From: a virus
Taxonomy: Duplodnaviria > Caudoviricetes
DNA: 57,411 bases
IMG/VR virus record: IMGVR_UViG_3300020001_000001
Coordinates: 1 to 57,411 of that record
Direction: 5' to 3' (one strand)
Within the stretch, counting starts at the first letter, position 1. Each line of letters begins with the position of its first letter. Below, piece after piece: positions 1 through 8,985 of this stretch. A program made the position numbers and the translations under genes. Under the pieces are notes generated by a model. It was not told the origin of the DNA. It made no database searches and saw only the letters and a program-made list of their open reading frames with translations.

Positions 1-101
1 GCTCTGCGCCCTCCCCGGAATGATCCGCACTCGGAATGGGACCCGAACGATAGCCTCTCGCAACAATAGTCTCGCCCGCCCGTCAATCCGATATCCGAAC
101 G
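1..101. repeat. Terminal direct repeat (assembly overlap), identical to 57311-57411; indicates a circularised complete genome
   Basis: Exact 101-nt identity of both ends read directly. Confidence 0.95.
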
Positions 102-442
102 ATTGGACCCCGCGAGCGAGTGTGACCTCAACACCACACAGATACGGATATGTAATTGTTACGATAGCGGCATACCCCTTGCGGCACCTTGGATCGCGCG
201 TACAGGCGTCGCGCCCTCTTTCCTTGCGCTGATACCTGGAACGGCTTGCGCCGGCCTGTAGCGCAAATTCGCGCCACGCGAGACACAATCTCGCCCGGCG
301 AGATCGAAGCTACTTCAGTGGCACGCCCATTGCCGGGTCTTGGACATAGGTTGAACGGCGCCTCGTACGCGCCAGCATAACTACCATGCTGCGCTATAGC
401 CTTCTCGCCTATAGCCTGCGCCGGAGCGGCCAGAAAGTGGAC

Positions 443-475
443 AATAAAAAACCCCTGCCATCACTGGCAGGGGTT
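443..475 (-). terminator. Rho-independent terminator ending the leftward transcript
   Basis: Minus strand AACCCCTGCCA-GTGA-TGGCAGGGGTT followed by TTTTATT, downstream of ORF 563-1051. Confidence 0.8.
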
Positions 476-562
476 GAACAGGTTCCGGCTTGCCGGATCA
501 GAGAAGCAATGCCGCCACGTAGACCAGCATGGCCGCTACGGCGCAAAGGCCCATATTGGACA

Positions 563-1051
563 TTAGCCTTCTCCCTCGTTAGTGACCGGCGCGGCGGTAA
601 CGCCACCATTCCAGACAGTGGGTTTCGGCTTACGCGCGTTTTCCGCTTTCCGCTCCGCACTACTCGCCAGCATACGCCCGCGAGCCAGTACGCCCGGCAT
701 GTCAGAATAGTTGATCTTGAACATGTCAGCCACGGCTTGCCGCGCATCTTTCGGGCGGGGGAAATCCGCTTGCGCGTCAATGAACGCGACGCGAGCTTCC
801 ATGCACCGCTCGTCAGACAACGCAATGATCGTCGCCGCTTTCAGTGCGAAGCCTTCGGAGCGAATACATTCAGTCAGCTCATGGGTGTTGGATGCCAGAT
901 AGCCCGATACGCGCATTGTATCGCCGTGCAACACAACCAATTCATCCAGTAGATCACTTGTGGCATCGGTCGCACCGTCTAGCCATTCGTGGATTGTTGC
1001 CGCCTGTTTGGCGGAAAGGCCAGCGAAGAAAAGCGCGAAAGGTGTTGTCAT
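563..1051 (-). CDS. Hypothetical protein
   Basis: ORF with AGGAG upstream of ATG at 1051; lies between the ParB-like gene and the terminator. Confidence 0.7.
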   Translation of the reverse strand: MTTPFALFFAGLSAKQAATIHEWLDGATDATSDLLDELVVLHGDTMRVSGYLASNTHELTECIRSEGFALKAATIIALSDERCMEARVAFIDAQADFPRPKDARQAVADMFKINYSDMPGVLARGRMLASSAERKAENARKPKPTVWNGGVTAAPVTNEGEG

Positions 1052-1108
1052 CGTTCGTACTCCTGGAAAGGGAAACCCCTGGCGCACAATGCCAGGGGGA
1101 AAGCCAGC

Positions 1109-2485
1109 CTATTTACGCGCAACCTTGCGGGTTGTCGCGCCAGTCATCGCTTGCGCCATTGCGCCGCGCTCAGTGCCGTTGGCGATGGCTTTGGACGCGA
1201 TAACGGCGGCCAGCGGCGCGGAACGATTGGCTTTTGCGATTGCCTTGCGCTCCGCTTCATTCGCGGCGGCATTACGCTCCGCTTCGTCCCTGCGACGTGT
1301 TTTGTCCGCCGCTTCCTTCGCCGCGACCACGCGAGCAACGGTAGCGAGCCGTTCCGTCTCGCGTTTGGCCGCTTCCACCTTGGCCGCTTCCCGCGCCTTG
1401 GCCGCAGTCTTTTCCTGCGCTTTGGTCAGTAACGGGATCGTGACCTTTGCCGGTACGGCTGGAATCGGCGCTGGCGCAGTGTCGCCCGGTTCGGATATGC
1501 CGACGAAGTGCTTCCAACCCATGTTGACGATTACGATCATCTTGCGTGCGGTAGCAGCATCTGCGAATGCGCAGACAATCGCGCCGTTCCGGTCGATCAT
1601 GTCACCGTCATGCTCGCCCTTGCCTTGCGAGAATGGTCCAGCAATGGCCGAAAACGGATCGGCGTTATCCGCCTTCGCGCGTGATGCCAATTCGGCATGT
1701 TGCGCGTTATTTTGCGCCAATCGGTCAACACGCGCCGCCGGAGCGGGCGGCGTCGCGCTCTTTTTGTTCTTGTCGCCGACGGTACGCTTGCCAGTCGCTT
1801 TTTCCTCCGCCTCGGCCAGTATCTTGCCACTGGCCTTTTTCGCGCCCGCGGCAATCGCGGCATCCTTCGCGCCCTTGCCAATCTCAGTTGCTTTTTTCTC
1901 GCCGTGCGCACCTGTCAGTAACACCGCCACTGTTGGCGCTATCCAGCCTTCTTTAATCAGCGCCTTCAATTCCGGGTTGGCGTTCGCCAGTTTCATTGCC
2001 TTGCGTACCCAGCCGATTGTTTTGATGCCGCATTGTGCGGCAATCTGAGTCTCGGTCATTCCCTCGGCCTTCAATTCCAGGTACGCCGCGCCCTTCTCGT
2101 GCTCGGCCAGGTGTTTTCCGGCATTGGAGTGGATTAGGTTCAAGAGCATATCGCGCTTGCTGCGTTCCGTACCATCTGCGTTCCGCGCCTCAGGAATGAT
2201 TGACACTTTTTTGACGCCAGCGCGGATCGCCGCCTCACGGCGCCTATGCCCGGAAATGACAAAAGTCTCTTGGCCGACAATGCGAACGGTAATCGGCTCA
2301 TCCATCAAGTACCCAGTCGCGAGGGCCATTGATGACACAAGCGAAGCGTCATCTTCGTCAATGTCTGGATCAAACGCATCGCGGACATTGTATCCCGGAA
2401 TAACCTTTAAGTTATTCGGGTCAATAACGTGCCACGGGCCGGACATGGTGACTGTTTTCGGCATATCAACATACTTGCTTGCCAT
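1109..2485 (-). CDS. ParB/RepB/Spo0J-like protein 1 (ParB N-domain, HTH, long Ala/Lys-rich C-terminus)
   Basis: GYNVR and PITV...VISGHRRREAA arginine patch; HTH GMTETQIAAQCGIKTIGWVRKAMKL; GGAG RBS before ATG 2485. Confidence 0.8.
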   Translation of the reverse strand: MASKYVDMPKTVTMSGPWHVIDPNNLKVIPGYNVRDAFDPDIDEDDASLVSSMALATGYLMDEPITVRIVGQETFVISGHRRREAAIRAGVKKVSIIPEARNADGTERSKRDMLLNLIHSNAGKHLAEHEKGAAYLELKAEGMTETQIAAQCGIKTIGWVRKAMKLANANPELKALIKEGWIAPTVAVLLTGAHGEKKATEIGKGAKDAAIAAGAKKASGKILAEAEEKATGKRTVGDKNKKSATPPAPAARVDRLAQNNAQHAELASRAKADNADPFSAIAGPFSQGKGEHDGDMIDRNGAIVCAFADAATARKMIVIVNMGWKHFVGISEPGDTAPAPIPAVPAKVTIPLLTKAQEKTAAKAREAAKVEAAKRETERLATVARVVAAKEAADKTRRRDEAERNAAANEAERKAIAKANRSAPLAAVIASKAIANGTERGAMAQAMTGATTRKVARK

Positions 2486-2556
2486 TTGAATTACTCCATT
2501 GCACTTGCGCCAATTCTCGCAACCCGTTGAACGCGGCGCTTCTTTCAACGTCCAAA

Positions 2557-2585
2557 ATAGTAACACAAGGTTATCGTCATGTCAA
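2557..2585 (-). promoter_or_regulatory. Sigma70-like promoter for ParB-like gene 1
   Basis: TTGACA-17 nt-TACTAT on the minus strand. Confidence 0.7.
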
Positions 2586-2793
2586 ATAGCCCTATCAGGC
2601 TGAAGTATACTTCTGGCCTTATCCCAACGCGCCCGCATTTCCGCGCGAACAACATAGCCAAGAGCGCACGTCATACGCACTTACGCGGGCGCATACGCGC
2701 ACGCGAGAACGCTCCGGTACGCGCGAGCGCCCGACGCACCCACGACGTACGCGCAAACAGGCCCGGACGTTTCCGCCCGAGCCTGTTACGCTT

Positions 2794-2868
2794 ACCCACT
2801 ATACGATTACGCGCACCCACTACTAATCATGTGCGGGCACCCACTATACGATTACGCGCACCCACTAC
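2794..2868. repeat. 30-bp direct repeat ACCCACTATACGATTACGCGCACCCACTAC x2
   Basis: Copies at 2794-2823 and 2839-2868. Confidence 0.85.
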
Positions 2869-3082
2869 GCATCTGGTGTTTGCGGCCACGACAACCCCCG
2901 ACGTGGCCCAGATGTTTGCCGCAACCGCATTGTCGCCCGGCGAGCACCGCGGCCATGTCCTGCTTACGCTTTCGTACTGTCGTGATCGCTACCTCCAATT
3001 CAGCCGCTACACGTTTGACACCGCGGCCACCCAACAACCGCAACCTGATCGCCCGGTCAATCGACGGCTCTATTCGGTTCAT
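2852..3082 (-). CDS. Small HTH protein with a Cys/His-rich tail
   Basis: GRGVKRVAAELEVAITTVRKRK HTH pattern; CGCGKH..H...C tail. Confidence 0.55.
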   Translation of the reverse strand: MNRIEPSIDRAIRLRLLGGRGVKRVAAELEVAITTVRKRKQDMAAVLAGRQCGCGKHLGHVGGCRGRKHQMRSGCA

Positions 3083-3470
3083 CCGGCGCCTCCTGAAGCG
3101 CCCGCAACGCTCGCAGCGTCATCTGACCGTGACCTCCGAGCGCACGCCATGCCGCGTACGCCGCTGCCGAACCGCGTGGCGACCACGTATTGCGCGAGTT
3201 GTCCGCCGCCCGGATCGTGCGTGCGACCTGCACCATGAATCTGTCCAGTTTACCCGCATCCGCCGCCCAGGCATACCGGGTCAACTTCGCCCGGTATGCA
3301 GCGAGGAAAGCGTCTTTCGTCGGCGCTCCCGTGTCGTTCCGTCGTTTCAGTTCCGCCGAGATGATGACGGCTCTCCACTGTTCCAGCGGCCCGCAAAGCC
3401 TATCGAGCAACGTCTGCGTCCCTGTGCACCTGACCGCGCATCTAAACCTGTTGCGTACGTTCGGAATCAC
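3057..3470 (-). CDS. Hypothetical protein
   Basis: Translationally coupled ORF in the leftward operon. Confidence 0.6.
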   Translation of the reverse strand: MIPNVRNRFRCAVRCTGTQTLLDRLCGPLEQWRAVIISAELKRRNDTGAPTKDAFLAAYRAKLTRYAWAADAGKLDRFMVQVARTIRAADNSRNTWSPRGSAAAYAAWRALGGHGQMTLRALRALQEAPDEPNRAVD

Positions 3471-3748
3471 GACTTTCTCCCCTGCCCCATAATCGCCAAC
3501 GTGATATCGGTCAGTTCGTCGATGATCTGCTGTAGTCCAAGAACGCGGTCAACGTGCTGCTGTCGCGCAACGCCGTAAGCCTCTGGCGGCATCGTCTGGT
3601 AGTCGCGACCATGCGGACAGCACCCGGTCAGGTAATCCATTGCCGTTTGCAGGTTCGATATCGCCGCGCGGTTCGCGACGATCAACGCGACCGCGCTTGT
3701 CCCGTTGAGGTTAACCGTCGGCACGATTAGTGTCCGTTTCGTCTCCAT
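3467..3748 (-). CDS. Hypothetical phage protein (PHGRDYQ motif)
   Basis: AGGAGG RBS; ORF in operon. Confidence 0.75.
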   Translation of the reverse strand: METKRTLIVPTVNLNGTSAVALIVANRAAISNLQTAMDYLTGCCPHGRDYQTMPPEAYGVARQQHVDRVLGLQQIIDELTDITLAIMGQGRKS

Positions 3749-3773
3749 TTAATCCTCCTGAGTGAAGTATACT

Positions 3774-3869
3774 TCAGCCGCCCGCCAGCACCACTACCAG
3801 CGGACGCAGCACGATCGGGTACGCCGCGACAAACGCGACGAGCCCGGTCACGATCGACAGCGTTCTCAC
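3774..3869 (-). CDS. Tiny hydrophobic membrane peptide
   Basis: GTG overlaps the upstream stop; VRTLSIVTGLVAFVAAYPIVLRPLVVVLAGG. Confidence 0.4.
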   Translation of the reverse strand: MRTLSIVTGLVAFVAAYPIVLRPLVVVLAGG

Positions 3870-4012
3870 GAACGCCAGAGACGGTTCAGAAACCGCTGGT
3901 ACTCCTGGCCCGCTGCGTATCCGCGAGCGTAGCAGGTGGTCCCGACAAGTATTCCGACCGCCACGGCGACCGCTACGCAATAGGTAATCACGTCAAACAA
4001 ATCGAAGTGCAT
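3866..4012 (-). CDS. Small membrane protein (48 aa, below the ORF-track cutoff)
   Basis: GGAGG RBS; MHFDLFDVITYCVAVAVAVGILVGTTCYARG... Confidence 0.5.
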   Translation of the reverse strand: MHFDLFDVITYCVAVAVAVGILVGTTCYARGYAAGQEYQRFLNRLWRS

Positions 4013-4023
4013 CGTACCCCCTC

Positions 4024-4218
4024 CTAAAACCGATAGCGCCGAAACAATTCCTGCGCCGCCTTATGCTCTTTCAGCATTGCCCGGTACAGGTCCTGTCGCT
4101 TTTTCCTGTACTTCCTTCCCCGGCCCTCCGGGTTGAGCAACCGTCTCGTCGCCCGTATGACCTCCACGTTGCTCTGACTGACGTGTAGGCCCAATCGGCA
4201 GTACGTCCCGTACATCAT
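4024..4218 (-). CDS. Basic hypothetical protein
   Basis: ATGA overlap with the upstream gene. Confidence 0.65.
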   Translation of the reverse strand: MMYGTYCRLGLHVSQSNVEVIRATRRLLNPEGRGRKYRKKRQDLYRAMLKEHKAAQELFRRYRF

Positions 4219-4739
4219 TCGCGCTCCTGATCGCCTTCGCCGATCTCCGCAGCATCAGCGAACGCCTGCTCGATCCCGGCGTTTATCGACGGTCCCGCGT
4301 CGAACCAGCCCGCGATTTTAGCCATGCGCTCCAGGTGATCCACGATGGCCAGAGACTCGTCGCCAAGCGGAGTACCGCCCCGCGTCGCTGTCCAGTGTTC
4401 GCGAGCCGCCGCGAACGTCGGAAAATCGCGACACCCGGCTTGAACTCGGATCGTTTTTTCACGACGGGCCAGAAAAATATAGCCGTCTGACCGTTGACCT
4501 CCGCAGATGATCCCGGCGCCCGTCATGTCGGCGCCACTCATGTTGGCGCCCCTCATGTTGGCGCCCCTCATGTTGGCGCCCGTCATGTTGGCGCCCGTCA
4601 TGTTGGCGTCCCTCATGTCGGCGCCACTCATGTTGGCGTCCCTCATGTTGGCGCCCCTCATGTTGGCGCCCGTCATGTTGGCATTTCGGAAATCACGTTT
4701 GCCCGCAGCGTAACGCGCCTCAAATTCTTCACGGGTCAT
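4215..4739 (-). CDS. Pentapeptide-repeat protein
   Basis: Tandem A(N/D)M(T/R/S)(G/D) repeats; AGGAG RBS; C-terminal VQAGCRDF domain typical of phage pentapeptide proteins. Confidence 0.85.
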   Translation of the reverse strand: MTREEFEARYAAGKRDFRNANMTGANMRGANMRDANMSGADMRDANMTGANMTGANMRGANMRGANMSGADMTGAGIICGGQRSDGYIFLARREKTIRVQAGCRDFPTFAAAREHWTATRGGTPLGDESLAIVDHLERMAKIAGWFDAGPSINAGIEQAFADAAEIGEGDQERE

Positions 4740-4769
4740 CAGTTTTTCTCCTGTGTTTGGAAGTATACT

Positions 4770-4934
4770 TCAGGCCACCAAGGCCAAAAGCGTGTAGAGA
4801 AAAATCAGCACCATCGAGACGGCGCTAACCAGGGCGAAACCCCGCGACGCGGGGTTCCGTAGTCGTCGTGACAGTTCCGTCGCGTTGAGTATCAGCACGA
4901 GAACTGTCACGAGGTAAAGCCATTTAGCAGTCAT
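4770..4934 (-). CDS. Small two-TM membrane protein (54 aa)
   Basis: MTAKWLYLVTVLVLILNA...GFALVSAVSMVLIFLYTLLALVA; fills a gap in the operon. Confidence 0.45.
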   Translation of the reverse strand: MTAKWLYLVTVLVLILNATELSRRLRNPASRGFALVSAVSMVLIFLYTLLALVA

Positions 4935-5271
4935 CGGGATCGTAGTAGCACGAGTGTATGTCTACCGCGATCATGTCCGCGACGGACTTGAACTTGGTCA
5001 ATTCCCACAACCGACTATGCCGTCTCGCCAACGATTGCCGTACCCGAACACGCGAAATCTCGATGTACGTATCGCCGGTGAACCGCGTATCCTGAAAATC
5101 GCCGCCTTTCTCGGCGATAAGATGAAGGCACAAATCACGCAACGTCGGATCGTCCATCCGCGCCGCCTCACGGTTGAGATTGACATCAACCTTGACCGCT
5201 CCCGGACACGCGGGCATCCACATTGTCCCGGTCAGACCGCCGACAAGGCGCAGTTGGTATTTCCAGTTCAT
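4924..5271 (-). CDS. Hypothetical protein
   Basis: ORF tightly packed in operon. Confidence 0.65.
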   Translation of the reverse strand: MNWKYQLRLVGGLTGTMWMPACPGAVKVDVNLNREAARMDDPTLRDLCLHLIAEKGGDFQDTRFTGDTYIEISRVRVRQSLARRHSRLWELTKFKSVADMIAVDIHSCYYDPDDC

Positions 5272-5272
5272 G

Positions 5273-5830
5273 TCACACGTCCATTTCGTGATCGTGGAAC
5301 GACGTGTCGAGCGACGGCGTATCCAGCGGCGCGTCAGGATCGAGATACCGGCTTCGCTGTTTCTTCCGCCGTTTCTTGGCGGGGTAATCCCGCGTCAATG
5401 CCGACGAGCGTTGTTCCGTGACGACCGGCTCACCCTCCGCTATCTTGCGGGTAACTGTTGCCCTCAATACGGCCAGCGGGTGCGACGGTGCGAGCGCCCG
5501 GCCATTCAGGACCAGATACTCCACGACATCCGGCGTAGGCCACTTATCGGCCACAACCCTCGCCACGTCAGCCCGCGTCACCGGCTCACTCACAAACTGC
5601 GTTCCGGGTTCGGAAGTTACTTCCGAATTGTGGAACGTGGCGGTATGCCGGAACGTGGACGCCGAAGCCGCCTTCAACCCGACGTGGAGGTTGTCGCCTT
5701 CCGCGAGCGTCACGACCTCGCACCCGTCAAAAGCGATGTACGCCTTGCCGTCCACCACCTTAACCCACACACCCAGATCGTCGTCGAGCCGCGTGCGGTG
5801 TATCACTCGGTCCATGAGATGCTTAATCAT
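5273..5830 (-). CDS. Hypothetical protein
   Basis: GGAGG RBS; packed ORF. Confidence 0.65.
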   Translation of the reverse strand: MIKHLMDRVIHRTRLDDDLGVWVKVVDGKAYIAFDGCEVVTLAEGDNLHVGLKAASASTFRHTATFHNSEVTSEPGTQFVSEPVTRADVARVVADKWPTPDVVEYLVLNGRALAPSHPLAVLRATVTRKIAEGEPVVTEQRSSALTRDYPAKKRRKKQRSRYLDPDAPLDTPSLDTSFHDHEMDV

Positions 5831-6035
5831 CGTTACCCTCCTTCGTGTACTCGTACGACCACTGACCGATGCGATTGCCGTTCGCGTCCAGAACCGGCTT
5901 CACGAACGTACGTCTCGCGTAGACGGTCTGGCCTACCTGCCAACCGGCGTGCCGGATCAGCCGTTTCAGTTCCGGCCCCGGCTCGTCGAATGCAGCGTTG
6001 TCGCAGTCGATCGTGAGCGTGAATTTAGCTGGCAT
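5823..6035 (-). CDS. Hypothetical phage protein (DNAAF...LDANGNRIG motif)
   Basis: Motif recurrent in small phage proteins; packed ORF. Confidence 0.7.
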   Translation of the reverse strand: MPAKFTLTIDCDNAAFDEPGPELKRLIRHAGWQVGQTVYARRTFVKPVLDANGNRIGQWSYEYTKEGNDD

Positions 6036-6207
6036 CGGAAACCCCGCACGCTTTCAGGAAACGCGGCATATCGAAGCGCCGGTTGCCGTTCACGAGTTCA
6101 CTAGCGAAAGCCCTGGCGATACTGGCGCGCACCGTGTCCATACCGATGATCGCCGTATTCCAATCGCGAATGACTTTCGCGATCAGTTCGTAGTCCTTTT
6201 TCGACAT
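6025..6207 (-). CDS. Hypothetical phage protein (KKDYELIA...RFD..RFLKACG motif)
   Basis: AGGAG RBS; recognisable small phage protein motif. Confidence 0.75.
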   Translation of the reverse strand: MSKKDYELIAKVIRDWNTAIIGMDTVRASIARAFASELVNGNRRFDMPRFLKACGVSDAS

Positions 6208-6237
6208 TTCAGTCTCCTGTTTCGGTTGAAGTATACT

Positions 6238-6516
6238 TCAGACGGCGACTGGCGCCGTCCGAAGATATTCGATCAGATCGTCCAGTTCTCGCAAATCGCC
6301 CGCGAGCCGTGCGGCGTCATCTTCCGTGTTCTCGTACTCCTCGTACAACACCATGTCGCGGCACGACACATGCAGCCACTCGATACACCGGCGCCGGTGT
6401 TTCTCCGATTGCACCGCGCCTCTTTCGTCAAACCCGTACATGCACGCACCGGGATCATCGTTCGTCATGTACGAGCCCCACTGCGCCGCTCGTACCCAGA
6501 ACTGTGCGGGCGTCAT
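6238..6516 (-). CDS. Hypothetical protein
   Basis: ATGA coupling; AAQWGSYM..DPGACMYGF motif. Confidence 0.65.
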   Translation of the reverse strand: MTPAQFWVRAAQWGSYMTNDDPGACMYGFDERGAVQSEKHRRRCIEWLHVSCRDMVLYEEYENTEDDAARLAGDLRELDDLIEYLRTAPVAV

Positions 6517-6728
6517 TCGACCGTTCCCGACCAATATCTGAAGGTGTCGGGGTCCGATCTGTTCCACTTGTCGAGTAGTTCAAAAAACTCGACGCGCGTG
6601 ATATCTCTATGCTGAGTACTCCGCGTTGTGTGGACGAGCCTTTTCCCGGACGGTATGTGCAGACAAGTGTAGCGCCAGTCACCCGGCGACACCCGAGCGT
6701 GATGGAAATAATCTTGCGCCGTTTTCAT
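6513..6728 (-). CDS. Hypothetical protein
   Basis: TGATG coupling with the upstream gene. Confidence 0.6.
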   Translation of the reverse strand: MKTAQDYFHHARVSPGDWRYTCLHIPSGKRLVHTTRSTQHRDITRVEFFELLDKWNRSDPDTFRYWSGTVE

Positions 6729-6967
6729 CACCCGGCCACCTTCAGCCACTTGCCATCGTCCTGCTTCTCGTACTTTTGGCCTTTACCCGTACCCAGGCCG
6801 ACGCCAACGCGACGGTGACACGTCAAGCACATATTCCCCCAGGGTCCCATTTTTGTTTTGCCGTCAACGAACGCCGTCGTGATGGCGTGCGAGTGGTGCA
6901 GGTTAAGGTCGCACTGTGTCGGCGCATCGCCCATCCAGTATCGTTTCTTCGGGGCTTCATCGCTCAT
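6728..6967 (-). CDS. Hypothetical phage protein, possibly Zn-binding (DGKTKMGPWGNMC..C...GLGTGKGQKY)
   Basis: AGGAG RBS; conserved-looking phage motif. Confidence 0.75.
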   Translation of the reverse strand: MSDEAPKKRYWMGDAPTQCDLNLHHSHAITTAFVDGKTKMGPWGNMCLTCHRRVGVGLGTGKGQKYEKQDDGKWLKVAG

Positions 6968-7046
6968 TGTGGTTACTCCTGTTACCCTGGCTTCCCCAGG
7001 CTGCTACCGACGGCAAGCCGTCGGTAACGGTATGCGGAAGTATACT

Positions 7047-7382
7047 TCAAACTCGCCCGATCATGTTCGCCTTACGAATACTCTGCACGTCAATCCACTT
7101 CTCCAGACTAACTGGACGCAACTGCGTGTGATCTACCGCCCGGTACGTCCACGCCATAATCGGAAAGCCTGCTTTATCGACTCCGATGAGCCGCCACGCG
7201 GCGGCTTCACAGGGGACCATGGTGCAACCAACGCTGCCGTCTATTCGTTTATGCGCCTCGGCATAGCCCGTTTCGTGCGTATGGGGTAAAACGCAAATGC
7301 AGTTCGTGATCTTCACGATCTCTTTCGCCGCCATATCGTATGCTACGTCGTTCACTTTTAGTCCTGGGAATACGTCGGCCAT
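7047..7382 (-). CDS. Hypothetical protein
   Basis: AGGAGG RBS before ATG 7382. Confidence 0.7.
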   Translation of the reverse strand: MADVFPGLKVNDVAYDMAAKEIVKITNCICVLPHTHETGYAEAHKRIDGSVGCTMVPCEAAAWRLIGVDKAGFPIMAWTYRAVDHTQLRPVSLEKWIDVQSIRKANMIGRV

Positions 7383-7441
7383 CTTGTCCTCCTGTAACCG
7401 GGGCCGAAGCCCCGGTGTTGGTTGAAGTATACTTCGGGGTT

Positions 7442-7633
7442 TCAGCCCGTCTTCTGCATCAGGTTCAACGAGAGACTGATTTCGTCGTTGACCTTGACGC
7501 TCCCGTTTGTGCTGGCGACCAGATTGGTCTTGCCTGACTTGGAAGGCGTCGCCGCCTTCAACGCCCCCGGACCGATATCCATGGTGACGATCAACTTGTT
7601 GGCTTTCACCACGAACTCTACATTTTGTGACAT
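7442..7633 (-). CDS. Small conserved protein (PSKSGKT.LVAST.G motif)
   Basis: First gene after the leftward promoter. Confidence 0.7.
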   Translation of the reverse strand: MSQNVEFVVKANKLIVTMDIGPGALKAATPSKSGKTNLVASTNGSVKVNDEISLSLNLMQKTG

Positions 7634-7706
7634 ATTTCTTGTTCCGTTTCGGAAGTAATACTTCCGGCACTATTACCGGAAGGCGATCAGATTTCGATCG
7701 TCCCAA

Positions 7707-7735
7707 ACACTAGCACAACGACAACGCCCTGTCAA
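7707..7735 (-). promoter_or_regulatory. Sigma70-like leftward promoter
   Basis: TTGACA-17 nt-TAGTGT, with GTTGTGC before the -10 element. Confidence 0.7.
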
Positions 7736-7973
7736 GTCGCTGAAATCGACGGAAGTTACTTCCAACGGTCTCCCAACGCGCGTATCGCGATCTATTGATA
7801 CCGGGCGACGCGCGCTACGCGCGAACGCGCACGATCTGCGTACGCGAGTACCCGCATACCACATAGGCGCGCCGGCACGCACCCGCGAACGTCTACCAGG
7901 GGCGAACGCGGAAAACCGAAACTTCGGCAACCCGGTCCTAATCATGTGAGACCCACTACTAATCATGTGAGAT

Positions 7974-8002
7974 TTGACACGACATTGCCGTTGTGCTACA
8001 CT
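7974..8002 (+). promoter_or_regulatory. Sigma70-like rightward promoter (divergent pair)
   Basis: TTGACA-17 nt-TACACT, with GTTGTGC before the -10 element. Confidence 0.75.
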
Positions 8003-8064
8003 ATATTTTGGATCGGTGGAATTTCTCTGCCGAACGGAAGTTACTTCCGAAGGAGTGTGGAAAA

Positions 8065-8295
8065 ATGCTGGTAGCGATTGCCGATACGCCGGAAGAACTT
8101 CGCGGCGAGATACTGAAACTGCTTATATTCGCCGAGAAAACGCAGCGCACGCAGTCGGAACAACGCACCGCTGTTCGCGGCAAAATGGCAGCACGACACG
8201 CCGCCAATGTTCTTCAGAACGTGGTCGAGGACGTAAAACGTATCGGGATATTACCCAAAACGGAGTTGAAACGTGGTGAAGACCCTACGAGTTAA
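8065..8295 (+). CDS. Hypothetical protein
   Basis: AAGGAG RBS; first gene after the promoter. Confidence 0.65.
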   Translation: MLVAIADTPEELRGEILKLLIFAEKTQRTQSEQRTAVRGKMAARHAANVLQNVVEDVKRIGILPKTELKRGEDPTS

Positions 8296-8500
8296 CGGCG
8301 ACGATCTGCCACCGGCCTATGTCGATGGCTGGATGGCGCACAAGAACAGCGTCAGCCGCAACAATAACCCCTACAACATCATGCGGCAGTTCGCGTCGTA
8401 CGAACTGTGGATGGAGGGTTGGACGGCGCGTAACTACGCCGGGAAGAACAACGAAGACATGAGTACGCTGGACGACTATGTCCCGCGTGTAACACTGTGA
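8273..8500 (+). CDS. Rmf-like fold small phage protein
   Basis: AY.DG..A......NPY......W.EGW pattern. Confidence 0.55.
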   Translation: MVKTLRVNGDDLPPAYVDGWMAHKNSVSRNNNPYNIMRQFASYELWMEGWTARNYAGKNNEDMSTLDDYVPRVTL

Positions 8501-8516
8501 AAGGAGTAATCTGACA

Positions 8517-8789
8517 ATGCCTTACGTGCTTGACGAAACGTCGCAGCGTGCGCAGATTGAGAACCTGGACGTGAACGGCGAGGCGTTCTGCCGCGCCAAA
8601 CGGTTCGACGCTGACGAGACACTGAAAGACACGCCTGCCGCTCTGCTGTCCGTGTGGCGCAACGCCGTCCAGGCGACCGTGCTGCGGATCGAGAAACGTA
8701 CCGGGCACAAATACACGGTCGAGTGCGGCGAGTTCCGCACGCAGTCACGCGATATCGTTGCGTGCATGGCGATCACGAGGACAGAATAG
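8517..8789 (+). CDS. Hypothetical protein
   Basis: AAGGAG RBS. Confidence 0.7.
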   Translation: MPYVLDETSQRAQIENLDVNGEAFCRAKRFDADETLKDTPAALLSVWRNAVQATVLRIEKRTGHKYTVECGEFRTQSRDIVACMAITRTE

Positions 8790-8985
8790 TGGCAAAGGAT
8801 GACGAGTCAGTTTATCGGATGATCCGATCGCGGACCTGAGACAGTCTGTTCGGATGATCCGACCTGGATACCCGACGTGTACCCGACGAACGCGAAAGGA
8901 CAGGTGCCGTTTGCCCGTGCGGTTATGGAGAGCGTCGCGACGAGTATCGAGCGGGCGTTGCCGCTTTTGGAAAAAGGAAAAGCCG

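Noticed and set aside
960-2048. Long antisense ORFs (also 18843-19643, 31984-33024, 36192-37100, 52514-53419)
   Set aside because: These are shadow ORFs of real genes in high-GC DNA, with no recognisable motifs or RBS.
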